The position numbers and the translations under genes are program-made. From assembly GCA_029262415.1 (NCBI GenBank), contig JAJCZL010000038.1, positions 6,137-70,136 on the forward strand: 64,000 bases of DNA. The letters are read 5' to 3'. This document shows positions 39,013 through 50,587 of the stretch, in pieces. The first letter of the stretch is position 1. Each line of letters starts with the position of its first letter. Source of the stretch: Deltaproteobacteria bacterium (lineage in GTDB: Bacteria > Desulfobacterota > Binatia > UBA1149 > JAJCZL01). The notes below the pieces were generated by a model. It had not been told where the DNA came from, ran no database searches, and worked only from the letters and a program-made list of their open reading frames with translations.

Positions 39013-40035
39013 GTGTCGATGCGTAACACGGGTTTGGTGATCGACGACCGTTTCCAACTTCACGATCCGGGTGCGGGGCATCCGGATTCGCCCCAACGCC
39101 TAGCGGCGCTCGCGCGGCTGTTCGACGCCGATCCGTTCAGGGCCTTACCGCGCGTCCGGCCGCGTGAAGCCGCCGAAGCAGAACTCGCCCGCGTTCACAG
39201 CGCGAGTCACGTGGCTGCTGTGGCTGCGAGCGCAGGCAGGGCGATGACCCGTTTTGATGCCGACACCGGGGCGTCGGCGGGGTCGTTCTTGGCCGCGCGT
39301 CTCGCCGCAGGCGCCGCGATCGAGATCGCCGACGCGATCCTTGAAGGCAGCCTCGACAACGGCTTTGCAGCACTGCGTCCACCCGGCCACCATGCGGAAC
39401 CGGACCATCCGATGGGGTTTTGTCTCTTCAACAATGTCGCCGTTGTCGCCCGTCATCTGCGCGCGCGCGGTGTAGAGCGCGTGTTGGTTCTCGACTGGGA
39501 CGTTCACCACGGCAACGGAACCCACCACACTTTCTATGCCGACCCTGAGGTGATGTACGTCTCGCTACACCAGTATCCGTTCTACCCTGGAACCGGTGCC
39601 GCGGTGGAGATCGGCTCGGGGGCGGGGCAGGGCTACACCGTTAACGTACCGTTGGCTGCAGGTACCGGAGGCGATACCTATCTGGCCGCTATGCGCGACG
39701 TCGTCCTTCCTACAGCACTGCGGTTCGATCCGCGCTTCGTGCTGGTGTCGGCCGGGTTTGATGCCCACCGTGACGATCCGCTCGCGCAGCTTGCGTTGGA
39801 GTCGGAGGACTATGCGGAACTGACCTCGGCGATGGTTGAGATCGCCGATGCCTGCGCCGACGGGCGCATCTTGCTGCTGTTAGAGGGTGGCTACGATCTG
39901 GCGGCGTTGAGTGAATCGGTGCGCGTGTCGGTCGAACGTTTGCGCGAACCGAAGGCGGCCGGCCTCGGCACTGCCGAGGCCGGCGCTGGAGCGCGTGATG
40001 CGGCGCGTGCTCTCGCGCCTTACTGGAAGATTTGA
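39013..40035 (+). CDS. Histone-deacetylase-family amidohydrolase (AcuC/AphA-like)
   Basis: DWDVHHGNGT and LLLEGGYDL motifs. Confidence 0.85.
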   Translation: MSMRNTGLVIDDRFQLHDPGAGHPDSPQRLAALARLFDADPFRALPRVRPREAAEAELARVHSASHVAAVAASAGRAMTRFDADTGASAGSFLAARLAAGAAIEIADAILEGSLDNGFAALRPPGHHAEPDHPMGFCLFNNVAVVARHLRARGVERVLVLDWDVHHGNGTHHTFYADPEVMYVSLHQYPFYPGTGAAVEIGSGAGQGYTVNVPLAAGTGGDTYLAAMRDVVLPTALRFDPRFVLVSAGFDAHRDDPLAQLALESEDYAELTSAMVEIADACADGRILLLLEGGYDLAALSESVRVSVERLREPKAAGLGTAEAGAGARDAARALAPYWKI

Positions 40036-42362
40036 CCGGTGCGGTAACGGTCGATCGCGTCTTCGCTAAGCGGTGCCGCGATCTCGTCGATGGTCAGTGT
40101 CTCGGTTCCGAGTTGCTCATCGACATGCCACTCGGGCGCGAACTCGACCGGCTCGCTGCCGTCTTTGAAGCATTCGATGAAACCGTCGAGGTCGGTAGCT
40201 CGGGCGCGCAGGCCGGATTCGGGGTCGATGTTCACGCAGCTGATGTCCTCGGGGACGGCGAAGTCTCGGACCTTCGTCCCTGCCAGCGCAGACTGCATGA
40301 AGTCGAGGAAGATCGGGGCGGCGACTCTGCCTCCTGTGCCCGATGCACCCAGGGTGCGGTCGTCGTCGTAGCCGACCCAAACGCCGGTAACCAGGTCCGG
40401 TGTGTATCCGATGAACCATGCATCGCGCTGTTCGTCGGTAGTGCCGGTCTTGCCGGCGACCGGACGGTTGAGCGGCCGCACACCTCTGCCGGTGCCGCGT
40501 TCGACGACACCCTGAAGCAAGCTTGTCATCAGGTAGGCGGTCTGCGGGCTGACCACTTCACGTGTCCGCGGGATCTTGTCGAGCATGACCCAACCGTTCG
40601 AGTCCTCGATGCGGCTGATCATGACCGGTTCAGTCCAGGTTCCGCCGTTGGCGAACACCGAGTAACCAGGGACGACTTCGCTGAGTTTGACCTCAGAGGT
40701 CCCCAGCCCGATCGACAGGTTTGCGCCGATCGGAGTTGAGAATCCGAACTGGCGAACGTAGTCGCGCACCTTGTCGGCGCCAAGATCCTGAACGATACGG
40801 ACGGTGACGACATTGCGCGATTTTTCGAGTGCCTTGCGCAGCGAGGTCGGGCCGTAAAAGCGGCGGCTGTAGTTCTGCGGCCGCCAGATCTTGTCGTGAT
40901 CGATGTACTGGATCGGCGCGTCGAGCAGGATGCTCGCCGGCGTGTAGCCGTTGTCGATTGCGGCTGAATAGACGAATGGCTTGAACGCCGAACCGGGTTG
41001 TCTTTTCGCCTGAAACGCGCGGTTGAATTGGCTGCGCTGGAAATCGTAGCCGCCGACCATCGCTTTGACGTGTCCGGTAGTGGGGTCCATCGCCAGCAGC
41101 GCCGCTTCGAGCTCGGGAACCTGAGAGAGCGTGAGACTGGTGGTTTCGCCGTTAACGTGAGCCTCGACGATGACGATATCGCCGACACTGAACTTCTTGC
41201 TTTTGATGCTCTCGTGCCACTCGAGCGACGAGATATCGAGTTCGGTGTGGAGCGGTCCGACGACGATCTCGATCTTGCGCGGCTCGGTCGCAGTTACGAT
41301 GGCTTCGTAGATTTCTTCGTCGTTTAGGTGCACGAGGTCGGGACGCTGCGCGTCGAGTTCCAAGCGCTCCTGTAGTTCGGTGCCTTCGAGCCTTGCTGCC
41401 GAGCCCCTGTAACCCAGCCTCATATCGACTGCGCGCACACCGCGGCGCACAGCAGTTTCAGCGGCCTCTTGCATCGAGAAGTCGATTCCGGTGTAGACGC
41501 GGAAACCTTGGTGGTAGGGGGCTTCCTTGCCGAAGTGCTCTTCGAGGTATTGGCGGACGTATTCGACGTAGTAGGTTCCCGGCTTTGCGACTTTGTGCGC
41601 ACGCGGCAGCACCGCCACGCCCGCGTCGAGTGCATCCATGTGTTCCTGGTCGGTGATGAAGCCCTCGTCGTGCATCCGCTTGAGTACGTAACGCTGGCGG
41701 GCAAGCGCGCCTTGTGGGTTACGCGTTGGCGAGTAGCGACTCGGTGCTTGTGGCAGTCCCGCGAGCAACGCCGCTTCGGGCAGGGTCAGCTCTCCCACCG
41801 TTTTCCCGAAGTAAGCGCGCGCCGCTGCGCCAACACCGTAGTTGCCGTCGCCTAGGTAGATCTCGTTGAGGTACAAGAACAGAATTTCGTTTTTGGTAAG
41901 TTCCTGTTCGAGACGGAGCGAAAGCATGATCTCTCGCAGCTTTCGTTTGTAGCTGCGTTCCGGCGTGAGCAGCAGCGCCTTGACGACCTGCTGGGTGATG
42001 GTGCTTCCGCCCTGCACGACGTCGCCGGCCAGAGTGTTGGCGACGAAGGCGCGGGCGATACTGCGGACGTCGATGCCGCGGTGGGAATAGAAGTCTGAAT
42101 CCTCAGCCGCGACGAACGCGTAACGGACCACGGGTGAGATGTCGTGGATCGGAGTCAAATAGCGTTTCTCGAAGAAGAACTCGCCGACCAGTTGGTTGCC
42201 GTCGGAATAAACACGCGTGGCCACCGGCGGCTTGTACTCAAGAAGACCGTCGATCGGAGGCAGTTGGCTCCAATACTGATCGTAAAGAGAAAAACAGGCC
42301 GCACCTATACCGCCCGCCGCGACCATCATCACGATCACCAAAATCCAGCTCAACCGCTTCAC
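40020..42362 (-). CDS. mrcA: Penicillin-binding protein 1A (bifunctional glycosyltransferase/transpeptidase)
   Basis: GT51 motifs EDSDFYSHRGID, GGSTITQQ, RKLREI. TP-domain SAFKPF and KTGTT motifs. Confidence 0.9.
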   Translation of the reverse strand: MKRLSWILVIVMMVAAGGIGAACFSLYDQYWSQLPPIDGLLEYKPPVATRVYSDGNQLVGEFFFEKRYLTPIHDISPVVRYAFVAAEDSDFYSHRGIDVRSIARAFVANTLAGDVVQGGSTITQQVVKALLLTPERSYKRKLREIMLSLRLEQELTKNEILFLYLNEIYLGDGNYGVGAAARAYFGKTVGELTLPEAALLAGLPQAPSRYSPTRNPQGALARQRYVLKRMHDEGFITDQEHMDALDAGVAVLPRAHKVAKPGTYYVEYVRQYLEEHFGKEAPYHQGFRVYTGIDFSMQEAAETAVRRGVRAVDMRLGYRGSAARLEGTELQERLELDAQRPDLVHLNDEEIYEAIVTATEPRKIEIVVGPLHTELDISSLEWHESIKSKKFSVGDIVIVEAHVNGETTSLTLSQVPELEAALLAMDPTTGHVKAMVGGYDFQRSQFNRAFQAKRQPGSAFKPFVYSAAIDNGYTPASILLDAPIQYIDHDKIWRPQNYSRRFYGPTSLRKALEKSRNVVTVRIVQDLGADKVRDYVRQFGFSTPIGANLSIGLGTSEVKLSEVVPGYSVFANGGTWTEPVMISRIEDSNGWVMLDKIPRTREVVSPQTAYLMTSLLQGVVERGTGRGVRPLNRPVAGKTGTTDEQRDAWFIGYTPDLVTGVWVGYDDDRTLGASGTGGRVAAPIFLDFMQSALAGTKVRDFAVPEDISCVNIDPESGLRARATDLDGFIECFKDGSEPVEFAPEWHVDEQLGTETLTIDEIAAPLSEDAIDRYRTGQIFQ

Positions 42363-42530
42363 GGGTTCACCATATATAAACCACAGTCTCCAAAGCTATC
42401 GACGCCGACGCATCCCGTCAACAGTCGGTTGCGGACCTGGGTTGCCGTTGACTGCGGACAAGCTAGGTTTGGCCGGCGCGTGCTCGGGTGCGAAAAGCTC
42501 GCGCGTTGTGGGTCTGGTAGGGTGGGTCCG

Positions 42531-43721
42531 GTGGCAGTTAGAGGGAAAGTCGACTTTCTTGGTTTGGATAGCGAGTTTGCGAGTATACGCGACGACGCAT
42601 TGTCGCGTATTCACCAGGTGCTCGAAAGCCAGTCGTTCGTTCTCGGCGGGCAGACCGTCGAGCTGGAAACAGCCATCGCTGCTATCGCCGACGCGGCACA
42701 CGCGGTTGCGTGTTCGTCGGGCAGCGATGCTCTGTACTTGGCGCTGCTCGCGCTCGGGATCGGCGCCGGTGACGCGGTTGTGGTTCCGAGCTTTACCTTT
42801 TTTGCGACCGCCGGTGCCGTTGCGCGCGCGGGCGCGGTGCCGGTAATGGCCGACGTCGATACCGATACACTGAACATGGATGCGGCGTGTGTCGAAGCGG
42901 CTGTCGAACGCGAGTTCCGCCGCGGTGAGGGCGGCGCGTACACGCACACCCGATCCGGCGCGCGGTTGCGCGCGATCATTGCGGTGCATCTTTACGGTCG
43001 TGCCGCGCCGCTTGGCCCGTTGGCCGATACCGCGCGCGACCTCGGCTTGGCTTTGATTGAAGACGCGGCACAGGCACTTGGCGCACGCTCGCAGGCGGGC
43101 GCAGCCGGCGGCGTCGGTGACATCGGGTGCTTCTCGTTCTATCCGACCAAAAATCTCGGCGGCGCCGGTGACAGTGGAATGTTGACGACGCAGGACGATG
43201 CCTTGGCCGAACGCCTGCGTAGCCTGCGGGTGCACGGCGGTGCGTCGGGGAGTTACCGGCACGAAGAGGTCGGTATTAACGCGCGCATGTCGGAGATTCA
43301 GGCGGCTTATCTCAACGCCAAGTTGCCCTACCTAGAGGCTTGGACGCGTACCCGCAGGGCGGCGGCTGCGGCCTATCACGAGGGGCTCGCTGCGCTCGAG
43401 GCCGATACTGTCCTCACCTGCCTCCCTACGGCGGCCGGGCAAGAACACGTCTACCACCAGTTTGTAGTCAAGATCGGTGCGCGGCGTGAGCGCGCCCGTG
43501 TGATGCAGGTCCTTGCCGAACACGGGGTTGAGTCGCGCATCTTTTACCCGTTGCCATTGCACCTGCAGCCGTGCTTTGCCGGCCTCGGATATAGGAAGGG
43601 TGATTTACCCGTGAGTGAACGTGCCGCCGACGAGGTTGTGGCGTTGCCTATTGGGATCCATATCGACGCCGATTCGGTTACACGGGTGTGTGCCGCGATG
43701 TCCAAAGCGCTAGACGCCTGA
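42531..43721 (+). CDS. DegT/DnrJ/EryC1/StrS-family PLP aminotransferase (GTG start ~42531)
   Basis: FYPTKNLGGAGDSGML and the N-terminal FVLGGQTVELE motif. The track ORF's first ~130 codons are antisense to mrcA and are rejected. Confidence 0.8.
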   Translation: MAVRGKVDFLGLDSEFASIRDDALSRIHQVLESQSFVLGGQTVELETAIAAIADAAHAVACSSGSDALYLALLALGIGAGDAVVVPSFTFFATAGAVARAGAVPVMADVDTDTLNMDAACVEAAVEREFRRGEGGAYTHTRSGARLRAIIAVHLYGRAAPLGPLADTARDLGLALIEDAAQALGARSQAGAAGGVGDIGCFSFYPTKNLGGAGDSGMLTTQDDALAERLRSLRVHGGASGSYRHEEVGINARMSEIQAAYLNAKLPYLEAWTRTRRAAAAAYHEGLAALEADTVLTCLPTAAGQEHVYHQFVVKIGARRERARVMQVLAEHGVESRIFYPLPLHLQPCFAGLGYRKGDLPVSERAADEVVALPIGIHIDADSVTRVCAAMSKALDA

Positions 43722-43728
43722 GGACCCG

Positions 43729-44541
43729 GTGGTTGCACGCGGCAGACGGACGAGAGTTGTTTCGGTCATCGCGATCGGTGGCACTGATCCGAGCGCCGGG
43801 GCCGGGGTTCAGGCCGACCTGCGTACTTTGCAGGCAATGGGGGTCGTGCCGCTGACGGTCGTCAGCGCCGTCACGGTTCAAGACGGCTTGGGAGTCAGCG
43901 CTGTCCAAGCGATGCCGACCGCGCTCATCCGCGCGCAACTCCGCACGATTGCGCGGCGCTTTGGCCCCGCAGCGCTCAAGTGCGGCCAGCTTCCCAATGC
44001 ATCGGTGGTGCGCGGTGTCGCCGCAGAGATTCGCACGATGAGCGGTATCCGCTTGGTGGTCGATCCCGTGGTTCGGGCGACCGGCGGCGGGGCTCTCGCG
44101 GTTGCTGGGACCGTTGCAGCGATACGTAAACACCTTTTTCCCCTTGCCACGGTGGTCACAGTGAACACCGAGGAGGCGGCGGTGTTGTGCGCGGGCTCGG
44201 TCACCAATGTCGCAGGCATGGAGGCGGCTGCTCGCGAGATCTCTGCCCAGGGAGCCGCTGCCGTCGTCGTTAAAGGGGGGCATCTGCGGCCGGGGGCGCG
44301 TGTGACCGACGTGGTCTGGGACGGTGAGCGCATGCGTCGCTTCTCAGCCCCGCGCCTGCGGCGCGGAAGCCTTCACGGCAGTGGTTGCGCGTTCGCATCC
44401 GCGCTCGCCGCAGGACTCGCCCTTGGCGAGACGTTGGAGCAGTCTGTGCGGCGCGCTCGTGCCCATGTGCTTGCGCTGATCGCGACCGGTCTGCCTATCG
44501 GTAGTGGTATTCTTTTGAGACCTCCTGCTCCTCGGGTATGA
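43729..44541 (+). CDS. thiD: Hydroxymethylpyrimidine / phosphomethylpyrimidine kinase
   Basis: VIAIGGTDPSAGAGVQADLRT and GSGCAFASALAAGLA anion-hole motif. Confidence 0.8.
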   Translation: MVARGRRTRVVSVIAIGGTDPSAGAGVQADLRTLQAMGVVPLTVVSAVTVQDGLGVSAVQAMPTALIRAQLRTIARRFGPAALKCGQLPNASVVRGVAAEIRTMSGIRLVVDPVVRATGGGALAVAGTVAAIRKHLFPLATVVTVNTEEAAVLCAGSVTNVAGMEAAAREISAQGAAAVVVKGGHLRPGARVTDVVWDGERMRRFSAPRLRRGSLHGSGCAFASALAAGLALGETLEQSVRRARAHVLALIATGLPIGSGILLRPPAPRV

Positions 44542-44628
44542 TCGGTCGCGCTATCTCGGGCCGCAAGCTCTCTCGTGCCGCCGTGGCCGGGGGTGTCACG
44601 CACCCGTATAGGAGTCGAAGGGGACCGA

Positions 44629-47040
44629 TTGAATTCCGACAAGCCGCAAAAGCCCGCTCAAGCCGGGCGTAACGCTCCGCTTCACCATCTCAAGTTGCTG
44701 GAAGATCTGGCCGTGCTCGCTGCGCGCGCGGATCATCCCCAAGAAGTTCTTGAAGCCGTCGTCAAGCGCATCGCCAAGTCGATGGATTACGACGTTTGTT
44801 CGCTTTACAGCTATGACCCCGCATCCGAGACCCTGAGGTTGGGGGCCACCCACGGGTTGCCGCCGCGCAGCATAGGTCGCATTAACATGCAGGCCAATGA
44901 GGGTCTTATCGGCCTGGTCGTCGAGAGCGGTGAGGCTGTGGCCGTCGAAGACGCGCTTTCCCATGAGCGTTTTAAGTTCTTCCCGGAACTTTCCGAAGAA
45001 AAATTCCACTCATTCCTCGGTGTTCCGGTCGGTCAAGGGAAATCGATGCTCGGCGTCCTCGCGGTACAGACACGCCGGCGCCGACGGTTCGCGCCGGAGG
45101 AGGAGAGTTTGTTGCGTACGGCGGCCGGTCAGGTGCGCTCGCTCATGCTCAACGCGCATTTGACCGAACGACTGCAGCGAGAGGAGAAAGAACGCGAACG
45201 TTTCCGCCGTGAGATGATCGAAGTAACGCGGAGGCTCGAAGCCTACGAGCCGAACGGAGAGTCGCGTAGTCAAGCCGAAGCCGAGGGCCGTATACGCTTT
45301 TCCGGGCTGGGCGCATCGCCGGGGTTTGGCAACGGGCGCGCCCATTGCGTCGTTGCGCAGACCGATTTCGCCGATATTGAGATTCTCGATGCCGACGACC
45401 CGGTACTCGAGACCCGCCGCTTCGAAGAAGCGATCGCGAAAGCGGTAGACGAGCTGGAGGGAACACGCAAGCGTATGCGTGAACTTGTGCCGGAAGTAGG
45501 CGGCGCGATCTACGAAGCACTCGGCCTGGTCTTAGACGATGAGTCGTTCATTAGGCGGGTTAAGCGGGGCATTTCTAACGGGCTCGCTGCGGAGTCGTCT
45601 CTCAAACGGGTTGTTCAGGAATACGCCGCCAAGTTCGCAGCCTTGCCGGACAGCTATCTGCGCGAACGAGCGGTCGACGTCCGCGATGTCGGGCGGCGCA
45701 TCCTACGGCATCTGCTTGGAGTAGTCGGAGAAGCGAAGATCGAGGTCGGCGACGACACCGTGCTGGTCGCGCAAGAGCTTACGCTGAGTGACCTCGCCAG
45801 TGTCGATACCGGCAAGCTGTGCGGGATCGTCGCCGGTGCCGGCGGCAACACGTCGCACGCGGCAATTTTGGCAAAATCGCTCGAGATCCCGACGGTTGTG
45901 GGCTGTGGCGACGTGATCGGTCAATGCCGCGAGGGTGACTTGATTATCGTTGACGGTAACACCGGCACCGTGTACCTGCGTCCGAACGAAGAGGTTTGGC
46001 TCGAGTACAAACGCCTGCACCAGGAGTACTCCGAGTTCCAGCGGGGCTTGGAGGACGTTCGTGATTTGCCGGGGACGACGACCGATGGTCATCAGGTAGC
46101 ACTGATGGCCAACATCGGCCTACTCGGTGAACTTGAACTTGCCGACCGCTACGGCGCTGAGGGCGTCGGCCTTTACCGTAGTGAGTTCCAGTTCCTCTCG
46201 TGCCGCGATTTTCCCAGCGAAGAAGAGCAGTACGCGTTTTACAAACGGGTCATCGACAAAATGGCGCCGCGCCCAGTCACGATTCGTACGCTCGATCTCG
46301 GCGCTGATAAGTACCCCGCGTACATGGGCGGACACAAAGAGGCCAACCCGTTTCTTGGTTGGCGTTCGATCCGGATCTCGTTGGATTTGGAGAACTTCTT
46401 TCACGAACAGCTACGTGCCATCCTCGTCGCGGCCGGCGAAGCGCCGCTCAGAATTCTCTTCCCGATGATCACCAGTCTTGAAGAGATTCGTCGCGTGCGC
46501 GAGATCTTTTCTGACTGCATGGGAGATCTCGTGGCCGAGGGAAAGGCGCCGACCGTCGATGTCGAGTTGGGCGCGATGATCGAGGTTCCCGCCGCAGTTC
46601 TGCGCGCCCCCCAGATCGTGCGCGAGGTCGACTTTGTCTCGATCGGAACCAACGACCTCATCCAGTACACGCTGGCCGTCGACCGCGACAACAGTAAGGT
46701 CGCACCGATGTACGAACCGTTGCATCCCGCTATTCTGGATTCTATCCGCCTCGTTGCCGAAGCTGCCCACGAGGCGGGGCGCAGGGTGGGCATGTGCGGT
46801 GAAATGGCCTCCAACCCGCTCTGTACGCTTTTTCTTGTCGGGATCGGGATGGACGAGCTGAGCATGGGCCCGCAGTATATCCCGGTCGTCAAGAAGCTCA
46901 TCCGCGCGGTCAGCTTTGAGGACGCGCGGGTGCTGTCGCAGGGGTTGCTGCGCTGCGACACAGTGCAAGAGGTCAAGGGGCTGATGTTTGATCGGCTCAG
47001 GGATCTCGGCCTTATCGAACTGATCGAGGCCTATAACTGA
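44629..47040 (+). CDS. ptsP: GAF-domain phosphoenolpyruvate-protein phosphotransferase (PTS enzyme I, nitrogen type). Start TTG 44629 or GTG 44593.
   Basis: N-terminal GAF domain. GGNTSHAAILAKSLEIPTVVG phosphohistidine region. C-terminal PEP-utilising IGTNDLIQYT. Confidence 0.85.
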   Translation: MNSDKPQKPAQAGRNAPLHHLKLLEDLAVLAARADHPQEVLEAVVKRIAKSMDYDVCSLYSYDPASETLRLGATHGLPPRSIGRINMQANEGLIGLVVESGEAVAVEDALSHERFKFFPELSEEKFHSFLGVPVGQGKSMLGVLAVQTRRRRRFAPEEESLLRTAAGQVRSLMLNAHLTERLQREEKERERFRREMIEVTRRLEAYEPNGESRSQAEAEGRIRFSGLGASPGFGNGRAHCVVAQTDFADIEILDADDPVLETRRFEEAIAKAVDELEGTRKRMRELVPEVGGAIYEALGLVLDDESFIRRVKRGISNGLAAESSLKRVVQEYAAKFAALPDSYLRERAVDVRDVGRRILRHLLGVVGEAKIEVGDDTVLVAQELTLSDLASVDTGKLCGIVAGAGGNTSHAAILAKSLEIPTVVGCGDVIGQCREGDLIIVDGNTGTVYLRPNEEVWLEYKRLHQEYSEFQRGLEDVRDLPGTTTDGHQVALMANIGLLGELELADRYGAEGVGLYRSEFQFLSCRDFPSEEEQYAFYKRVIDKMAPRPVTIRTLDLGADKYPAYMGGHKEANPFLGWRSIRISLDLENFFHEQLRAILVAAGEAPLRILFPMITSLEEIRRVREIFSDCMGDLVAEGKAPTVDVELGAMIEVPAAVLRAPQIVREVDFVSIGTNDLIQYTLAVDRDNSKVAPMYEPLHPAILDSIRLVAEAAHEAGRRVGMCGEMASNPLCTLFLVGIGMDELSMGPQYIPVVKKLIRAVSFEDARVLSQGLLRCDTVQEVKGLMFDRLRDLGLIELIEAYN

Positions 47041-47115
47041 ACTTTGGCAGGCTTGACACGCGGACCAAAAGCCCTAACCATGAGGGCAAATTCACTCCGA
47101 GGCAGGCGTTCGAAA

Positions 47116-47397
47116 ATGACGAAATCACAGTTAGTGGAGAAATTGGCGGTGTCTGCGGACCTGACGAAGCAGCAGTCCAATGAAGTTTTGGAGTCGCTTG
47201 TCAGGATCGTGGTCGAAGCGGTTAAACAGGGGGATCCGGTGAAAATCCCGGGGCTCGGCACGTTCAAGAAACGAGAGACCAAGGCGCGCCTTGGACGCAA
47301 CCCGCAGACCGGTGCGGAGATCCAGATCCCGGCCCGGACCAAGGCTGCGTTTACGGTCGCCAAGCAGTTCAAAGACGAAGTACTCGGCGCAGGCTGA
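47116..47397 (+). CDS. HU/IHF-family nucleoid-associated DNA-binding protein
   Basis: GLGTFKKRETKARLGRNPQTGAEIQIPA arm motif. Start taken at MTKSQLVEKL. Confidence 0.85.
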   Translation: MTKSQLVEKLAVSADLTKQQSNEVLESLVRIVVEAVKQGDPVKIPGLGTFKKRETKARLGRNPQTGAEIQIPARTKAAFTVAKQFKDEVLGAG

Positions 47398-47469
47398 GCA
47401 GCGGGCGTGGCCGGACACCGGGTCGCGCCTACTTCCGAGACATCAGCTCAAGCCGGTCGGGACCTCTGG

Positions 47470-50400
47470 CTATGAGGCCGCTGGGTCGGGTGCGACTTCG
47501 CTTCTCTTCCGCGATCCGCGACGGCTGCTGAGTTTTACCCCAAGTTCGTCGAACAGGCTGTAAAAAACTGGGACCACGAGCAAGGTCAGCATGGTCGACA
47601 GCGTCAGCCCGGCGAGTACCGCCACGCCGAGCGGTCGTCTGCTTTCGGCGCCGGCGCCGAAACCCACCGCTATAGGCAGGATGCCGAAGATCGTCGAGAT
47701 CGCCGTCATCAAGATCGGACGCAGCCGCGTGCGTCCGGACGCCATGATCGCCTCGCCTGCCTCGACACCTCGCCCGCGCAAGATGTTTACGTAGTCGATC
47801 AACAGGATCGAGTTCTTGGTCACGAGCCCCATAAGCATGATTATGCCGATGAAGCTGTACACGTTCAGTGTCATGCCGGCGAGGTAGAGTCCGGCCAACG
47901 CACCGACCATCGCCATCGGCAATGCGAGCATGATCGTGAACGGGTGGACGAAGCTTTCGAACTGTCCGGCAAGGACCAAGTAGATCGCGATCAGGGCGAG
48001 GATGAAGGTAAACGAGAGCCCACTGGTCCCCCGCGCAAACTCACGTGACTCGCCGGACAGGGCCGTCGTGAAACCTGCGGGCAGAACTTCTGCCGCGATC
48101 TCTCGCGCGGTGTCGATGGCGTGTCCGAGATCGAGGCCCTGGAGGTTTGCGCTGACCACGACCGAACGGCGTCGGTCGTAGTGGTGGACCGAGCTTGGGC
48201 CAACCGATTCTACGAGGTTGACGATGCCCTCGAGTTGCACCAGTTCGCCGGTCGCGGAGCGGACGTAGATGTCAGTGGCGTCGTTCGGGGTGAAACGGTC
48301 GCTTGGGTCGAGTTGTGCGATCACATCGTAAAGCTCGTTGCCACGTTTGAAGCTTGTCGCTGTGGCGCCCCCAAGGAGAACGCGTAGCGTATCGGCAATG
48401 TCGACGGCATCGATCCCCAACGCACCGGCTTTATTGCGGTCGATTCGCACGTTGAGCTGAGGCTTGTTGATCTGCAGATTGGTATCGACGTCGGAGAACC
48501 CTTCAGTCTCTTGCAGGCGCGTTTTGATTCGTGCGGCATAGTCCCCGAGCGCGGCGAGGTCGCTGGATTGCACGACGAATTCGAACGGCTTCGATGAACC
48601 GCCCCTTTGCATCGGGTTGAACTGCGTAAAAAAGATGTCGGCACCGGTCAGGCGGCGGGTCTTTTCTCGCAATTCAGGGATCATTTCCGATGTGCTTCGA
48701 CGCCGCAGCGGCCCCTTGGGGTGCAGGCGGACGAACATCAGGCCTTGGTTTACGCTGCCGCCCCGGAACGCCACCACTGAGAAGTAGGAGCGCACCTCCG
48801 CGGTCTCGCCTAGGATGTCTTCGACCGCCTGGTTGTGACGGTTCTGGTAAGCCAGCGTTGATCCCTCGGGGGTTTTCAACCACGCCTGCAAGTAGCCGCG
48901 ATCGTCGGTTGGCAGAAACTCTTTGCCCACCGCGTTGAACAGGAACCCGCTGGCGATGACGCTGAGTACAACGATGCCGACCATCAGGAGACGGTGGGTG
49001 AGGGCCCAGGCGAGCGCGACCTGGTAGTGATCGGAGAGACAATTTACCGCCGTATCGAAGCGCACTGCGAGCCGCGAGAGTGGGTTATTGTGCTTTGTGG
49101 TTGAGCCGACCACGAGGAATTTTGAGCACAGCATAGGCGTCAGCGTGAGCGCGACGAAACTCGACACGCTCACAGCCACGGCCACGGAAATTCCGAACTC
49201 GTAGAAGAAGCGCCCAACGATTCCGGAGATGAACGCGATTGGTACGAAGACGGCGACAAGCGTCAGCGTCGTCGAGATTACCGCGAACGCGATCTCGGAA
49301 CTCGCCTCCTGCGCGGCCTGGAGTCGCGGTGTCCCCTCTTCCATGTGGCGGTATATGTTTTCGAGCACGATGATCGCGTCGTCGACGACGACGCCGATCA
49401 CCAGTGTCAGCGCCATGAGGGTGAGGTTGTTGATGGTGAACCCGGCGAAGTACATTACGCCGAACGTGGTGATGATCGCGACCGGCATTGTCACGCTCGG
49501 GATCAGCGTGGAGCGCAAGCTTTGCAGGAACACGAAGATGACGATCAGGACCAGGAACCCCGCGATCACCAGCGTTTGCTTGACCTCGCGGACAGAGTCT
49601 TCGATGAAGCTGGACTGGTCAAAAGCTATCTGTAGTTGAAAGCCTTCGGGTAGTTCAGTCCTCATTTCGGCGGCTACGCGTTTGACCTCGGCCGCCACAA
49701 CGAGTGTGTTTGCGTCGGTCTGTTTGACGATGCCGAGCCCGGTCGTACGGTCGCCATTGAACCGGGCTAGCGTACGTTCGTTCGCGTAGCCGCGCCGCAC
49801 GACGGCGACGTCGCCTAAGCGTACAGGCTGATCATTACGAAACGTGACGATCAGATCGCTGAATTCTTCCGGCGTGCTGACCTCGCCCTCGGTCTTGACG
49901 ACGAACTCGCGCCAGGCGCCCTCGACACGTCCCGATGGGATTTCGACGTTCTGGGTGCGCAGGGCAGTGGTGACGTCGGTGACGGTCAACCCGTAGGCAG
50001 CGAGTCGATCACGGCTGATTTCCACGCGCATCGCTTCGCTGTTGTTGCCGCCGATCTGCACTCTACCGACACCGGGTATCGTCTGCAGACGTGGCTTGAG
50101 TATGTTGTCGGCGAGATTGGTGATCTCGAATATCGATCTCGTGGCCGAAGAAAGGCTGAGCCACATGATCGCACCCTCGTTGGCGTCGAGTTTCGCCACG
50201 CGTGGCTCTTCGGCGTCTTCGGGCAGTCTGCGGCGTACGCGAGCGACACGGTCGCGTACGTCTTGGGCGGCAGAGTCGATGTCGCGATCGAGTAAGAACT
50301 GGACGGTGATCGAGCTGGTTTGCTCGGTCGACTCTGAGCGGATGAAATCGACGCCTTCGACACCGTTGATCTCTTCTTCGAGGATCTCGGTGATCTCGGT

Positions 50401-50582
50401 CTCGACAACCTCGGGACTCGCACCGGGCAGTACAGTGCGGACCGAGACGATCGGGAACTCGACGTCCGGTACTTCGCGGACGGGGAGGCGCGAGTAGCCG
50501 ACCATCCCGAAAACAACCATCCCGATCGACATCACCGTCGCCAGGACGGGACGCTTCACGGATACGTTGGTCAGGAACACCG
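47470..50582 (-). CDS. RND-family efflux transporter permease (AcrB/CzcA type). Probable GTG start ~50582.
   Basis: >1000 aa with two six-helix TM bundles and large periplasmic loops. N-terminal FLTNVSVKRPVLATVMSIGMVVFG. Confidence 0.85.
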
Positions 50583-50587
50583 GCCGT

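Noticed and set aside
42144-42530. N-terminal ~130 codons of the 525-aa ORF that contains the DegT aminotransferase
   Set aside because: This part overlaps PBP1A in antisense and lacks aminotransferase similarity. The real start is placed at GTG ~42531, just upstream of the conserved FLGLD...FVLGG region.
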